In this document: positions 40,787 through 52,491 of the stretch, in pieces
Layout: each line of letters opens with the position of its first letter
Numbering within the stretch: position 1 is the stretch's first letter
Assembly: GCA_030770535.1 (NCBI GenBank)
Contig: JASVEC010000003.1
Span: forward strand, 1,302,001 to 1,366,000
Direction: 5' to 3'
Origin: Batkoa obscura
Taxonomy: Eukaryota
Length of the DNA stretch: 64,000 bases
The notes under the pieces: generated by a model
The model's database searches: none
What the model saw: only the letters and a program-made list of their open reading frames with translations
What the model was told of the DNA's origin: nothing
Made by a program: the position numbers and the translations under genes

Positions 40787-41530
40787 ATGAGTGCTGCTGA
40801 TACTACACCTCAAACATCGGATCAAGAGATGGATCAAGGAATGAGTTTATTAAAAGAACTAATGCTTAAGCTTTCTGGTGCTACATTTGGTACCTTACTT
40901 GCTGGGGGTATTATTATGTTTATAATTGGTACCATATTACTTGTAAAAAATCGACGAGCTATCAAAATCTTATATTTTTATTCGGGTTTAGAATTTTTTA
41001 CACTGTTATCTTTTATGATTGGTTTAATTATATTATCTATAAAAAAAGTGGAAGCTTCCACTCCATTTTTTATATTAGGCGGTTCAAGTTTAGCAGTGGG
41101 TTTAGTTGGTGCTGTTATTTCGGCTTGTTTTGGTCGATTTGGTATAATAGTATTAGGTTTACAAGCTGGTTGGTCTATTTGGTCCATATTTTCTGTATTT
41201 ATAGAAAATCAAATAATTAATTTATCTGTGGGATTAGTAGTTGCTGTTATATTTGCTATTATATGTGCTGTATTTAAACGACCAATGGAGATTTTGATTG
41301 CTTCTTTTACGGGTGCTAACAACTTTTCTTTTGGTTTATTATATATTATTGTTTCGATCCTTGGTTTTGCTAATTCCCCCGCATTAGCTTATGAAAAAGC
41401 TCTCCCTTATGGTTCGATTGCTGCTTTAGTTTTAACTCTAATTCTCTTTATTGTTTCTATGTGGTATCATTACTCCGCTTTTGTAGATGCAAGAAGAGCA
41501 GAACATCAACCACTTATGGCTGAAGTTTAA
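40787..41530 (+). CDS. Polytopic membrane protein (about 7 TM), TM7S3/TM198 (DUF4203)-like
   Basis: Seven hydrophobic segments with G..G patterns and 'RPMEILIASFTGA'. Intronless; TATAAA upstream near 40704. Confidence 0.7.
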   Translation: MSAADTTPQTSDQEMDQGMSLLKELMLKLSGATFGTLLAGGIIMFIIGTILLVKNRRAIKILYFYSGLEFFTLLSFMIGLIILSIKKVEASTPFFILGGSSLAVGLVGAVISACFGRFGIIVLGLQAGWSIWSIFSVFIENQIINLSVGLVVAVIFAIICAVFKRPMEILIASFTGANNFSFGLLYIIVSILGFANSPALAYEKALPYGSIAALVLTLILFIVSMWYHYSAFVDARRAEHQPLMAEV

Positions 41531-41979
41531 ATATTCTTATATTTGTCTATAATTTATATATGAAATTTCAATATATATAAAAATTGTAAATTTATAATTA
41601 TCTGATTTATCTTAACTATTATTATTTTAAAAATATAGTAAATTGAATTCATACTAATATTTAATATTTAATATTGTAAAACTTGATTTTATTGAACTTA
41701 TAATGAAAGAATGCTATTGTTTTTTTTAAACATACTAAGGTCAATAAAGGCAAGGCAGTGATTTATTTCAGAAATATCAAAAATGGAAATAGTTCAATGT
41801 GTGACCCAATCAATAGGTACCAGGAGGGAGACAAAGGCTACGTAGCCATTTGGAACCTTTTTTAGATCTAGGGGCAGTCATGAAAGTATGTTTACATTCC
41901 TTGAGGAATAGTGTTATTATTTTTAAAAGTTAACTCTTTTAGAATTAGTTATTTTATCTAATTTTATTTCATTTTGTTC

Positions 41980-43294
41980 ATGGATTCAAGTAAAGCATTG
42001 AATGGAAACTTTAGCAACATTTGATAAAGATAAAGTTAAAAGATCCAAAGAGATGACAACGAAATAAATGAAAAACCAAAAATATTTTTTGATTCTGTAG
42101 ACAATTTTTTGCAACCTGTGGTAAAAATAATTCCAGCAATGGGAACTGCCCCTAGTTCAACAACTTGCCTGGGGTCCTCTAGAGTAATTTGGTCATCCTT
42201 CTATAAGAAAGACTCCACCATCAAAATGCCTAGTGAATTTCGCAAAGTTGAACCTCAGTTCCACATTGATAATGTTCCTCACTCTATCCTTTTTCACTTT
42301 GATAAATTTAATATTAAAGATAGAGGAACTGCCTCCTTTCTTGACAGCTACTTTGTTGACAAGATCTTCTACTCAATCCTTAGTACGAAAGACAATTCAG
42401 TTCTTATATCCTTCAGGAATGAACAGTTTGCCGTTGAAACGTATGAGAAAGGCCTTTTCATTGATGATGTATATGTCCCTCACACTATAGTAGCCCCAAA
42501 AGGCGGGGAGATAAAAGTACATATCTCTGGAATCCCTTTCTGGGAACTTCCTCATCTGTTCCTACCCCAAAAGATATTCGCAAGTTGGTTAAAAATTGGC
42601 TACAACCATATGAGAAATTGCTTTCGTATGTTCCTCTCTTGATTACTGGGCTGCTTCTGAGGTTTTTGCGGTCATCAAGACCGACTAAGACCTAGGAGCT
42701 GGCCAGCTTTCAAAGCTCCTCTGCAGCACTGACATCCTTGGCAACTCTATTTGCCTCAGGTACGCCAGTGCCTAATCTACATGTTTTGGCTGTTCCAAAC
42801 TAGGCTACATGCAACACCAGTGTCCTTCTAATAACAGAAGACCTGGCTCTCCCTTCCCGTCAGGCTCCTCTAAAAGAGTTGCCCCAGCCCCAAAATTGGA
42901 TGCTCTCTCATCACAGGCCTTCGAACTTCTGAATAAAGCTCCTACTCCAATCACCCCTCCTACTATTTTTAACGTAAAAGGTTTCCAATCTAATAATGTT
43001 ACCCACAATAATTCGAATAATTTCTTTAATCAAGTCAATAATAGTTCGAATTTCAATAGTCAAAATAGCAATGTTAATTTCTTTACTCCTTTATCAAATG
43101 GCAATGACAACGCCAAAGAATCCAAAAATGCTCCATTGGGTGCTACCAAAGTCCTAAAATATTCTGGTACTTTTGAAAATAAGCTTTATACGCTCACTGA
43201 CATACCTCCGAAAGAAAAACTGGCTTTATACCAAGACTTCCTCAAAAAGGTGCATTTTGCAGCGATAAAGCCAGCTTATGCAATAATGAATTAA
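41980..43294 (+). mobile_element. Non-LTR retrotransposon (LINE) ORF1/gag-like relic
   Basis: Higher GC than flanks; RRM-like 'VLISF..A..GLFIDD..VHISGIPF'; degenerate knuckle CFGCSKLGYMQHQC near 42782-42823; stops and frameshifts; no ORF2 seen. Confidence 0.6.
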
Positions 43295-43814
43295 AAACTG
43301 GCTGTGAAAATTACTTGGCACTCCACTAGGGGATTTTCACAGAATTAAATTAAATAAAAAGTTTATTTTAATGTAGTTGGTTAATTTAGTAAAAATTTTA
43401 TACTTTATTTATGTAATGTTATCTTAACTAACATCAGCTAATCTCAACTTAGCTTATAATAATTTGTCTTTTTATTTTAATTTAAATTTTTCTTATTTAA
43501 TTGCTACTATTAATATTAGATTAATTTATATCTGGGATTGTTTTTGTTTTTTAATATCAACTTTTTTTATTAAACCTGATATTATATTTCTATTAGACTC
43601 CAGATTTAATTTTTTTTCTACTTTATATAGCTAATATATTTGTGTTGTTAAAAACTTTAAATTAAATTTAAAAGTATATGGTGATGGATTTTTTTGTTTA
43701 AGAATTTTTTTCTTTTTTTTTATAATTATATCTTTTAAATAAATATTTTTAAATTTTTAAATAAACAGTTTTTATTTTTAAGTTTTTGTTACTTCGAATT
43801 TTTTAACTTTATAT

Positions 43815-43908
43815 GGGGATGTTTTTTGGCTTCATTATTTTTTCCATTTTTAAGCGCTACTTGAGCGGAAAGATTGTTAGTAAAATTCTTAAAAAAAAAT
43901 ATATCCTC
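43815..43908 (-). mobile_element. MITE copy 5
   Basis: Consensus match; ATAT/ATAT flanks. A 5' stub of the same family lies at about 43680-43710. Confidence 0.88.
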
Positions 43909-44015
43909 ATATAATAAAATAGTTATTAGTAACAACTGAATTATTATTTTTAATTTCTTATAAAATGCCAAATTTTATAATTAAAGTTAAAATATATTTT
44001 AAATTAACTAACTAG

Positions 44016-44562
44016 TGTGAAAGTTGATACTCAGCGGTCGGAGTTAAAAGCTACTCTTGCTTGATTAACTTGCCTCGAGTCGAACGATCTTAGTTTATGT
44101 AACTAAGATAGACTTAACTTAATATAAATAGTACGTAATAAGCTACGAATTATGTAAAACAAATATAATGGAAGATACTACCGTAAAATCTATATAAGAT
44201 GTTGTCAGAAAGACTTAGTGACTTTATTAATGATACATTATCAGAGAGTAATCCAATTAAAAAAGCCTCGAATCAGTATGTTGAATCTCTTTTATACCCC
44301 AACTGGGTGGCTATATATAAGGAGCATTATAACAGTTATTCCTTATTATAGTTGCCAAGTATGGAGATTAAAACATTGACAATAAGTTCTTCGCGATTAG
44401 GTGGTAGCAATTCTCACAGCAAATCTATATAAGGAACTCTGAACTGATTGTACTACATGAATCACGGTCAAATTGATTACAAGATTACAACTAGTTTTGT
44501 AAACAAGTTAAATGACTATTATGTTATAATTAATTCGAGAGCTGATAAAACAATATTTCACA
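44016..44562 (+). mobile_element. Solo-LTR-like element
   Basis: TGTGAAA...TTTCACA termini; internal TATATATAA; no matching TSD. Confidence 0.7.
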
Positions 44563-44983
44563 TTTTTAGTTTTAATTTTAATTATTATAAATAAATACTG
44601 TTTCAAGCATATAATTTAAAAAAAACAAAGGTATTTAAATGATAGTTTTTTAAAACTTGTTATAATTTAAATCAAAAATTATTGTTATTTAATTAAATCA
44701 TTATATAATATATATTTTTAACTATATTTTAATTAATACCTAATTTTAGCTTTGCTTTTATCTATACAACTTTTTATAAGCTGTATAATTAATTGATAAT
44801 AAATAAATAATATAATAATATAATAATGATTTATTATTAAATACTTTAAAATTAGATTTGATAAAGGGTATTAACTAAATAAGCAGTACTTTTTTTAAGT
44901 ATTGATTTTTATGAAAAAATTGCTCATTAAATTTAATTAAATGTAAACACTAATTTTAACCTAACTTTATTAAAAGTATATAG

Positions 44984-45462
44984 TGTGAAATATCGGTTCA
45001 TTAGCTCTAGGATTGATTATAATATGATAATCAGTTCAGAGTTCCTTATATAGATTTGCTGTGAGAATTGCTACCACCTAATCGCGAAGAACTTATTGTC
45101 AATGTTTTAATCTCCATACTTGGCAACTATAATAAGGAATAACTGTTATAATGCTCCTTATATATAGCCACCCAGTTGGGGTATAAAAGAGATTCAACAT
45201 ACTGATTCGAGGCTTTTTTAATTGGATTACTCTCTGATAATGTATCATTAATAAAGTCACTAAGTCTTTCTGACAACATCTTATATAGATTTTACGGTAG
45301 TATCTTCCATTATATTTGTTTTACATAATTCGTAGCTTATTACGTACTATTTATATTAAGTTAAGTCTATCTTAGTTACATAAACTAAGATCGTTCGACT
45401 CGAGGCAAGTTAATCAAGCAAGAGTAGCTTTTAACTCCGACCGCTGAGTATCAACTTTCACA
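44984..45462 (-). mobile_element. Solo-LTR-like element, inverted relative to 44016-44562
   Basis: TGTGAAA...TTTCACA termini; ATAG on both sides (44980-44983 and 45463-45466). Confidence 0.72.
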
Positions 45463-45464
45463 AT

Positions 45465-45561
45465 AGGGGTGTTTTTTTGGTTTCATCATTTTTTCCGTTT
45501 TTTAAGTGCAATTTGAAAAGAAAAATTATTAGTAAAATTATTAAACAAAGCATACATCCCC
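45465..45561 (-). mobile_element. MITE copy 6; the LTR-like element sits at its left edge
   Basis: aggggtgtttttttgg...catacatcccc-atat. Confidence 0.82.
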
Positions 45562-46803
45562 ATATAATTGTTATACTTTAATTTTAAATAATTATTTTTT
45601 TATTCAGTTCAAACTTTTATTTAAAATATAATTTTTTTTTTGCAATGGAAAAAAACTACCTACCCAGTCAGTACTTTTTACTCCTTTTTTAATTATCAGT
45701 TTAACAGTATAAAAAGATAGAAGGAATGTATTTTAAATAAGCACTACTTGATTTGATGTCAGAAACGTAGAACTATTTAAAATATAAATTAAAGAAATTT
45801 AGTTTTTTTCATGTCACCTCATATTATATACTAAAGAGTTTAATGCTAATTTAATGTATTTGTATGTATGTGAAATTATAAAGGAGGTTAAAACGTATGA
45901 AAATGATGATAGCTTAAATGAGTAGAAAAAATATCATATCATTTTAAATTGTATGTAATTCACAAAATTGTCCTTTAGGAATAAAATATTCTAATAATAA
46001 TAGGCTTATTTCCTGTTAGCCGTCACGAGCTTGACATATGTATTATTTGTTATGTCTTGATTAATATTGAAAATTAAAAAAATGGCAATCTAATATTATA
46101 TGCTATTAATTAAAACCATTTAACGACATAACAGAATGTAATAGCTGTCCAAAGTTAAAAAAAGTGAGCTTACTCTTATACTTCTAATGTATAAATCGTT
46201 TTAATTGTAGTATTCATTTTAAGTATTTGTAGTTTAGATCAAATTTTGAGAAAAAAATATTCACACGGAATTAAACACAAAAAAATAAAATATTATTTAT
46301 TATAGAATCATAAATTGCTATTATTTAGAACATTTTAGCATTGATTAACTTTTACTTTAGTCTATATCTTTTAAAGAATAGATGAAATCTTAATGGTAAT
46401 CGTTACCACATATTTATTATTATTATCTTTTAAGGAGATTTTTAATTTTTTACAAACATAAATCAAAACAATTGAAATTATTTTATTTATATCGCTTTTC
46501 AATATTACTTCATTATTTTTATCATAAACGTTTTGATAAGATCTAACTTTACACAATTTGAATGTATATTTGGTGAAAAAATATATAATCCTTTTTGGTC
46601 AGAGACATTAGTATTATAATTAACAATTGCCTCTATATTGTTGACTTTGAACTTTTGTTAGATATTCTATATTTTTCTTAGTCTTATTTCTATCCCCTAT
46701 TAGTTCCATTTAATTATTTTATATATCCCATAATTTTTTTTAGCCTGATCAAAGCTTAATAAGCGTAATCAGACTAAGTGGCACTTTTTTAGCTCACTAA
46801 ATA

Positions 46804-47650
46804 ATGCTTAGGCTAAGATTAATCACCAAAACTAAAGGAGGAATGCAAAAGCCAGGACATGAACTATTAAAAGCAAATAGTTATTGCAACAAAACAAACT
46901 CTCCAGCTATGAATAACAATGAGATTAATACTTTATTAAACCATAATGAAGTATGGAGCAAAGCCCAACAAAAAGAAAAAGATGCTTTGTTTAAAAAACT
47001 AGCGGTAGGTCAAAGCCCTAAATTTTTATGGTTGGGTTGTAGTGATTCTAGGGTACCTGAAAGCACTATCTTTAACCAAGGTAAATCAAATAAGCTCTCT
47101 TTTTTAAAGTAAAAACTCAATTCATTCAGATCCTGGTACTTTTTTTGTGCATCGAAATGTTGCCAACGTAATAAAAAAAGATGATCCAAGTTTATTAGCT
47201 GCTTTAGATTTTTCTATTAGAGTATTGAAAGTTGAACATATTATTTTATGTGGTCATTCCGACTGTGGTGGTGTCAAAGCTTCATTTACAGGTTCTAATA
47301 TTCCTAACGTAGACCAATGGCTTTCTCCTGTTATGAAGTTATGCAAAGGTAATTATTTTATATATGTTCGATTCATTATTAACATGCTCTTATTTTAATT
47401 TAGAACATCAAAAAGAATTCGATGGTAATATTGTTGTATGCTTTGTGAGATAATTTTTATTTAATTTTGTTTAGAAAATTTTAATAATCAAGAAGACAAA
47501 GAGGAAGCGTTGTGTCATCTTAATATTTTCAATGGTATTAAAATGTTGAAGGAAATTCCAGTAGTTAAAGAAGCTTTAGGTAACCTCCATATACACTCAT
47601 GGATTTATGATGTAGGTACGGGTAAAATAAAGGTCTTAAATAAAGAATAA
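46804..47650 (+). CDS. NCE103: Beta-class carbonic anhydrase, 4 exons
   Basis: GQSPKFLWLGCSDSRVP, FVHRNVAN, IILCGHSDCGGV, IHSWIYDVGTGKI. A second in-frame ATG near 46909 could give a shorter cytosolic form. Confidence 0.95.
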
Positions 47651-47688
47651 AAAAACATGTTATTTCATTGTTACTGTTATTAGTTTTA

Positions 47689-49144
47689 TTACATTAAAAT
47701 TTCATTGTGGAAATTTTCCTTCAACTCCTTATTGGGTAATACAAGACAATTACGTATGATTAACTCATCTTTAACTTTAACTTCTTTACCAAGAATAGTT
47801 GTTGATTGAATTTTAATTCCATTCTTAGTAACGGTAGAATGTCCGTCACTGAAACTTCCTTGAATACGTACCCATCTTCCAATAGATGATCCCCATCCGA
47901 TAATGGAATGTACAATGCAAGCGTCAGACTATAATGAAATGCGATAAATAAAAAATGCCTTATAATGAAAAATGTGTTTACTTTGACTTGAACATTATCT
48001 AATATAATTGATTCTCTGATACGTACACCATCCTCAAGTACAACATTTGGTCCAATAGAAACATTTGGTCCGAGCTAAATAAAGCTGATAAATACAAATA
48101 TAACAACAAACAATATCTAATTACTTTGACATTAGCACCTATAGTGGCACTTGGGTGAATGGAAACATTACCAACAATTTCTGCTTTTTCTCCATTTTTA
48201 GCAATTAAACTTGAATTTGCTTTGGCCATTTCTTCAAGGTATAAAGCGTTTGATGGGATGGCAGAGCTAAATGGATTAATATATAGTAAATCAACGGGAT
48301 CTAAAATTACCTTGCAGTACTAAGTTGACGCCATGGTGTATTAATTGAATATACATAAATCTTCTTAGAACCAGCTAATGGTTGAAGCAAATCTTGTTCT
48401 AAACGTAAAACATCACTAGTCACATGTGTATCACTACTCAAACTATATTAAACTATAAATAGATTAACTTTAATATTATTTACCGAGTATCTACTTTCTC
48501 TTTAGCTAATTTGATTTCATCAAAGATTGAAGTATCAAAAAGATAAACACCACATGAAATCAAATCAGAAATAAAGGTTTCTGGCTTTTCAACATAATGT
48601 AAAATTTCATTGGTATTAGAATCTGCTACTAAACAACCGTAATTTTTGGCTTCTTCACGTGATACCTAATAATTGTTTAATAATATCCCTTATTATTTTT
48701 GATGTTGCTTACTTTAGTACCGACGATAGTACAAAGTCTATCAGAGGTATTATGGTCCTCAATGATGCTTTCAAATGGTAAAGATGCACAAACGTCAGCA
48801 TGGATAACAAAGATATGTTTAGGGTTTCCACGACGGAACTCATCTCTGAAGTGATAAATACCACCAGCAGTACCCATAGCTTGATATTCACGAAGGTACT
48901 TAACATTCAAATTTGGGAAATCGGCTTTGACTTTGTTTAAAAATGGAGAAAATACAGAGTCTTCAAAGAAACCAATTAAATACACTTCGTTAAGCTCTTT
49001 GACCTTGCTTAATTGAACTAAATGGTGATAGATCACTGGCTCTCCACCAATTGGAAATAAAGGCTTTGGTAAATCTAAACTTAATGGTCTAAATCTAGTT
49101 CCTCGGCTTGGTCCTCCTACTAAAATTGCTGCCTTGACACTCAT
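47689..49144 (-). CDS. GMPPA: Mannose-1-phosphate guanyltransferase alpha-like (GMPPA/Psa2 type), multi-exon
   Basis: [27 protein letters not shown] (alpha-type signature), [15 protein letters not shown], hexapeptide left-handed beta-helix C-terminus. Confidence 0.9.
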
Positions 49145-50275
49145 TGTTGTTTTTATAAAAATAAAATAAGGTTTAAATTGGATATTTTTAATTACATTGC
49201 ATTTACAATTCCTATTCTAATTGCCCGTATGGCCAATCATATCATACCATATTTTGTCATTAGCCACGCCTTTGTTTTATTGGTTAGCTACTTAAATCTA
49301 TTTTAAAAAATGAGCCAAAAATGAGTTAAAGTGATTAAAATTGATTTTTTTAGGATTCTGATTTTCGTTAAAACTGTTCAAAAGTAAAAAAGCAACCTCA
49401 TTTATTTTTTTGTTGAATACTGAGAATTAAACTTTAATTTAGTTATTAAAATCGAAATACAAAACCTTAAAAACAGTATTTAAATAGCCTCATGTTTTTA
49501 AATTTTGATGCTAAATTTGTATATTTATACTACTAAACATACTTAAATTTAATGGTATTAAAAGTTTATGCCCAACTTATACTCATATAATTAGCAATAT
49601 GATGGAGTCTAGAATGTTAATATTGTGACACAAAATAACTAAGCGTGGGAATATATGAAATATTTATTGAAATTGACGGTTTTACTATAGAAGTAAAGAT
49701 TAGTTTGTCTAAAAACTCAAATCACCCAAATTCTCAATTTAGGTCAGTAAAGTTATAAAGTTTTTTTGCTCACTAATACCCAGTTAAAGACATAAACAAT
49801 ATAGCAAACAAAGTTAGATATATAAGTAGTAATCTCCTAAAGAAAGTTTATAAGATACTGTATGACCTTGTCTATTTATTCTCTTGGGCTTTACAGTAAG
49901 ATATACGCTTATTATAGCTATAGCCTATTTCAACTAAAGTCATGGTTATTACCCCACAGCTAAAAATAAACTAAAAAGTATTAATATCACAAAGTAAGTC
50001 CTTAATAAATTTATGATATCATTCTTAGTAACTTTGTATATTATTTTAATATATACTGGCCTGGGGTATTTATTATTTAATCTGATAAAAATCATGTAAA
50101 GTTACTTTTATAACACAGTTGATCGTTTTAATTATTGCCGAAAAAGTGAAATAAATTGCCTTGATTTTTTTGTTTTTATTGCGAACTTTATTGTCTATCA
50201 TGCAAACATTATTTGATTACAACTCGAACCAATAAAACCTCTCTTGCAATTTAAAATAAACTAGACTCAGTATAT

Positions 50276-50373
50276 GGAGGTGTATTTTTTTGTTTAAGAA
50301 TTTTACTAACAATTGTTCTGTTCAAATAGCGCTTGAAAAATGGAAAAAGTGATGAAATAAAAAAAACACCCTC
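50276..50373 (+). mobile_element. MITE copy 7
   Basis: Consensus match; flanks ATAT/ATTT. Confidence 0.85.
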
Positions 50374-51450
50374 ATTTATTATTTTTCTGCTTTTTTACTT
50401 AGCTTTTTATTTTAAATAAATTATTGATTTCAATAATTGTTTTTCAATATGTTTTATGAACTCTAAAGGATATTACTATTAACTTAAAGGTTTTTATTTT
50501 TAAAATGAGGATCAAGCCTATAAAAATATTTAATTTTTCTTATAAAAAATTGAGTGATATCCTTATCTTGAACTTTGTAAAGATGGCATCACTACTACAA
50601 ATTTCCTGAAGAGTCTCTTTTAAATGGCCGCAATATAATCAAATAAAATACTGCAGCAGAAACAAAATTATAATACATAATTTTTGTAAAAATGGCAATA
50701 ATTAACACCATTGACTGTAAAGCTTTTTCTGGTTAGTACTAATATGATACAACTTATAATAAAATAACTACCATTTTCTAAAAATCTAAAGCAACTATGT
50801 AATATTAAAAAAATTACAATTAAAGAAGAGATTCGCTACAAAGTTAAATATTTTAAACTAACTATAGTAAAACAAAAATAAAGTTATTTAGGTACTTTCA
50901 ACACAACGCCATTAAACTTTCGATGTTTTGTAAAAAATATAAGCTCTAACTATCCCCTTTTCAAATACAGCTACTATACATAACTTATGGATATTATACT
51001 TTATCTCAAACTAGTTAAAGTTGGACTCAAGCCAATATCCCAGCTAATAGTACTTAATAAGTTTAATTTTGTATGGGTTTTGTACCAAGCTTTAGCAATT
51101 TTAATTAATTTTTAACCCTCTCAATTTTGTTACGACATCAAACTTTGAGCAAATGAAAAGTGATTGGATACTAATATTAAAAAGGGTAAAAGTAGATAAA
51201 AAGATGAATTAACTTAGGGACCTAAAAATTTATTAAAAGATGGAGATTAGGATAAATAGATAAATTCAATATAATAAAAAATCATAGGTATGCTTTTATT
51301 AAAGAATAAGTTAATAGATAGATACATTAGTACCCAGGAGGCATGAGAGTAAAAGCTATATAAAGAGTACAATTCTGATATGTATTAAAATTAAGAGTTC
51401 GGTTTGATATCAGCTTTAAAAGACATATTTAAAAGACATATTTAATACTT

Positions 51451-52392
51451 ATGAATTTCCATATTACTTCCATCTTACTATTCGCCTTGACTGGCGTAAG
51501 CCAAGCCTATTCCCCGTGGGAAAGCTTTTTTCCACAAAGTGGAATGAATAACAACATGGATTTTGGCTCTATGTTTAATCAATTTGGTAATGATAAAAAT
51601 GGTGGCAATGCTCAAAGTGGTAGTAATTATTCCCCACAGCAAAGCAACCAAAATTCTCAAAATAACAATATGAATTTCTGGCCCATTGAAGGAAATAATA
51701 ACAACTATCGCCCTCAGGAGCAACAAAATAATAACATGTTTCGTCCTCAACAACAACAGCAGGGTGATGATGATATGAGTGGTAACTATCGTCCTCAGCA
51801 ACAACAACAACAACAACAGCAACAGGGTAATGAGAACATGAGTAATAATTATTCTCCTCAGCAACAACAACAACAACAACAGCAGCAGCCACAACAGCAA
51901 CAACAACAGCAGCCACAACAACAACAACAACAACAACAACAACAGCCACAACAACAGCAACAGTCACAGCAACAAAGTAACGGCCAATGTAGCAAGCTTG
52001 GTGACATGCCAAACAAGTACCCATTCACTGTAGAAATGAACAAGAATTCCCCTGGTATACCAAAAGGCCAATGTACTGAATGGGCTGATGGTAGATATTA
52101 TCAATTAACTGGCCAACACGCTTTATTCAATGGAGATGCCCATCGTTGGAATGAATTAGCCCAAGGTAAGGCTGGTTGGACAGTTTCTAATACACCATCA
52201 GTACCTTCAATCGTAGTTATTGAACAATACCAAGCTGGTTCTGGTGTATATGGTCATGTAGCTGTGGTTGAATCTATGAGTGGAGACACCTTCTGTACAT
52301 CAAATTGGAATTCACCTACCTTAGGTGGATTAACCTTTAAATCTATGAAAACTGGACCTGGTATCTCGTTTATTAAATATACTGGAAATTAA
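51451..52392 (+). CDS. Secreted Q/N-rich protein with C-terminal CHAP (Cys/His amidohydrolase-peptidase) domain
   Basis: Signal peptide MNFHITSILLFALTGVSQA; polyQ linker; GQCTEWA...GDAHRW...PSVPSIVV...YGHVAVVES...SNWN is the CHAP Cys/His motif set; intronless; TATATAAA near 51358. Confidence 0.88.
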   Translation: MNFHITSILLFALTGVSQAYSPWESFFPQSGMNNNMDFGSMFNQFGNDKNGGNAQSGSNYSPQQSNQNSQNNNMNFWPIEGNNNNYRPQEQQNNNMFRPQQQQQGDDDMSGNYRPQQQQQQQQQQGNENMSNNYSPQQQQQQQQQQPQQQQQQQPQQQQQQQQQQPQQQQQSQQQSNGQCSKLGDMPNKYPFTVEMNKNSPGIPKGQCTEWADGRYYQLTGQHALFNGDAHRWNELAQGKAGWTVSNTPSVPSIVVIEQYQAGSGVYGHVAVVESMSGDTFCTSNWNSPTLGGLTFKSMKTGPGISFIKYTGN

Positions 52393-52491
52393 ATAAAGTT
52401 TAGATATTTAAATGTAAACTAAAAATTTTAAAATATAAATTTTTATTTTCTTACAATAGTGATTGAATAAAGATTAAGGACTTAAAAAAGC

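Noticed and set aside
43789..43971. 60-aa minus-strand ORF
   Set aside because: Reads through MITE copy 5; not a gene.
51478..52043. Minus-strand poly-Leu, poly-Val and poly-Cys ORFs
   Set aside because: Antisense shadows of the CAA/CAG polyQ repeat in the CHAP gene.
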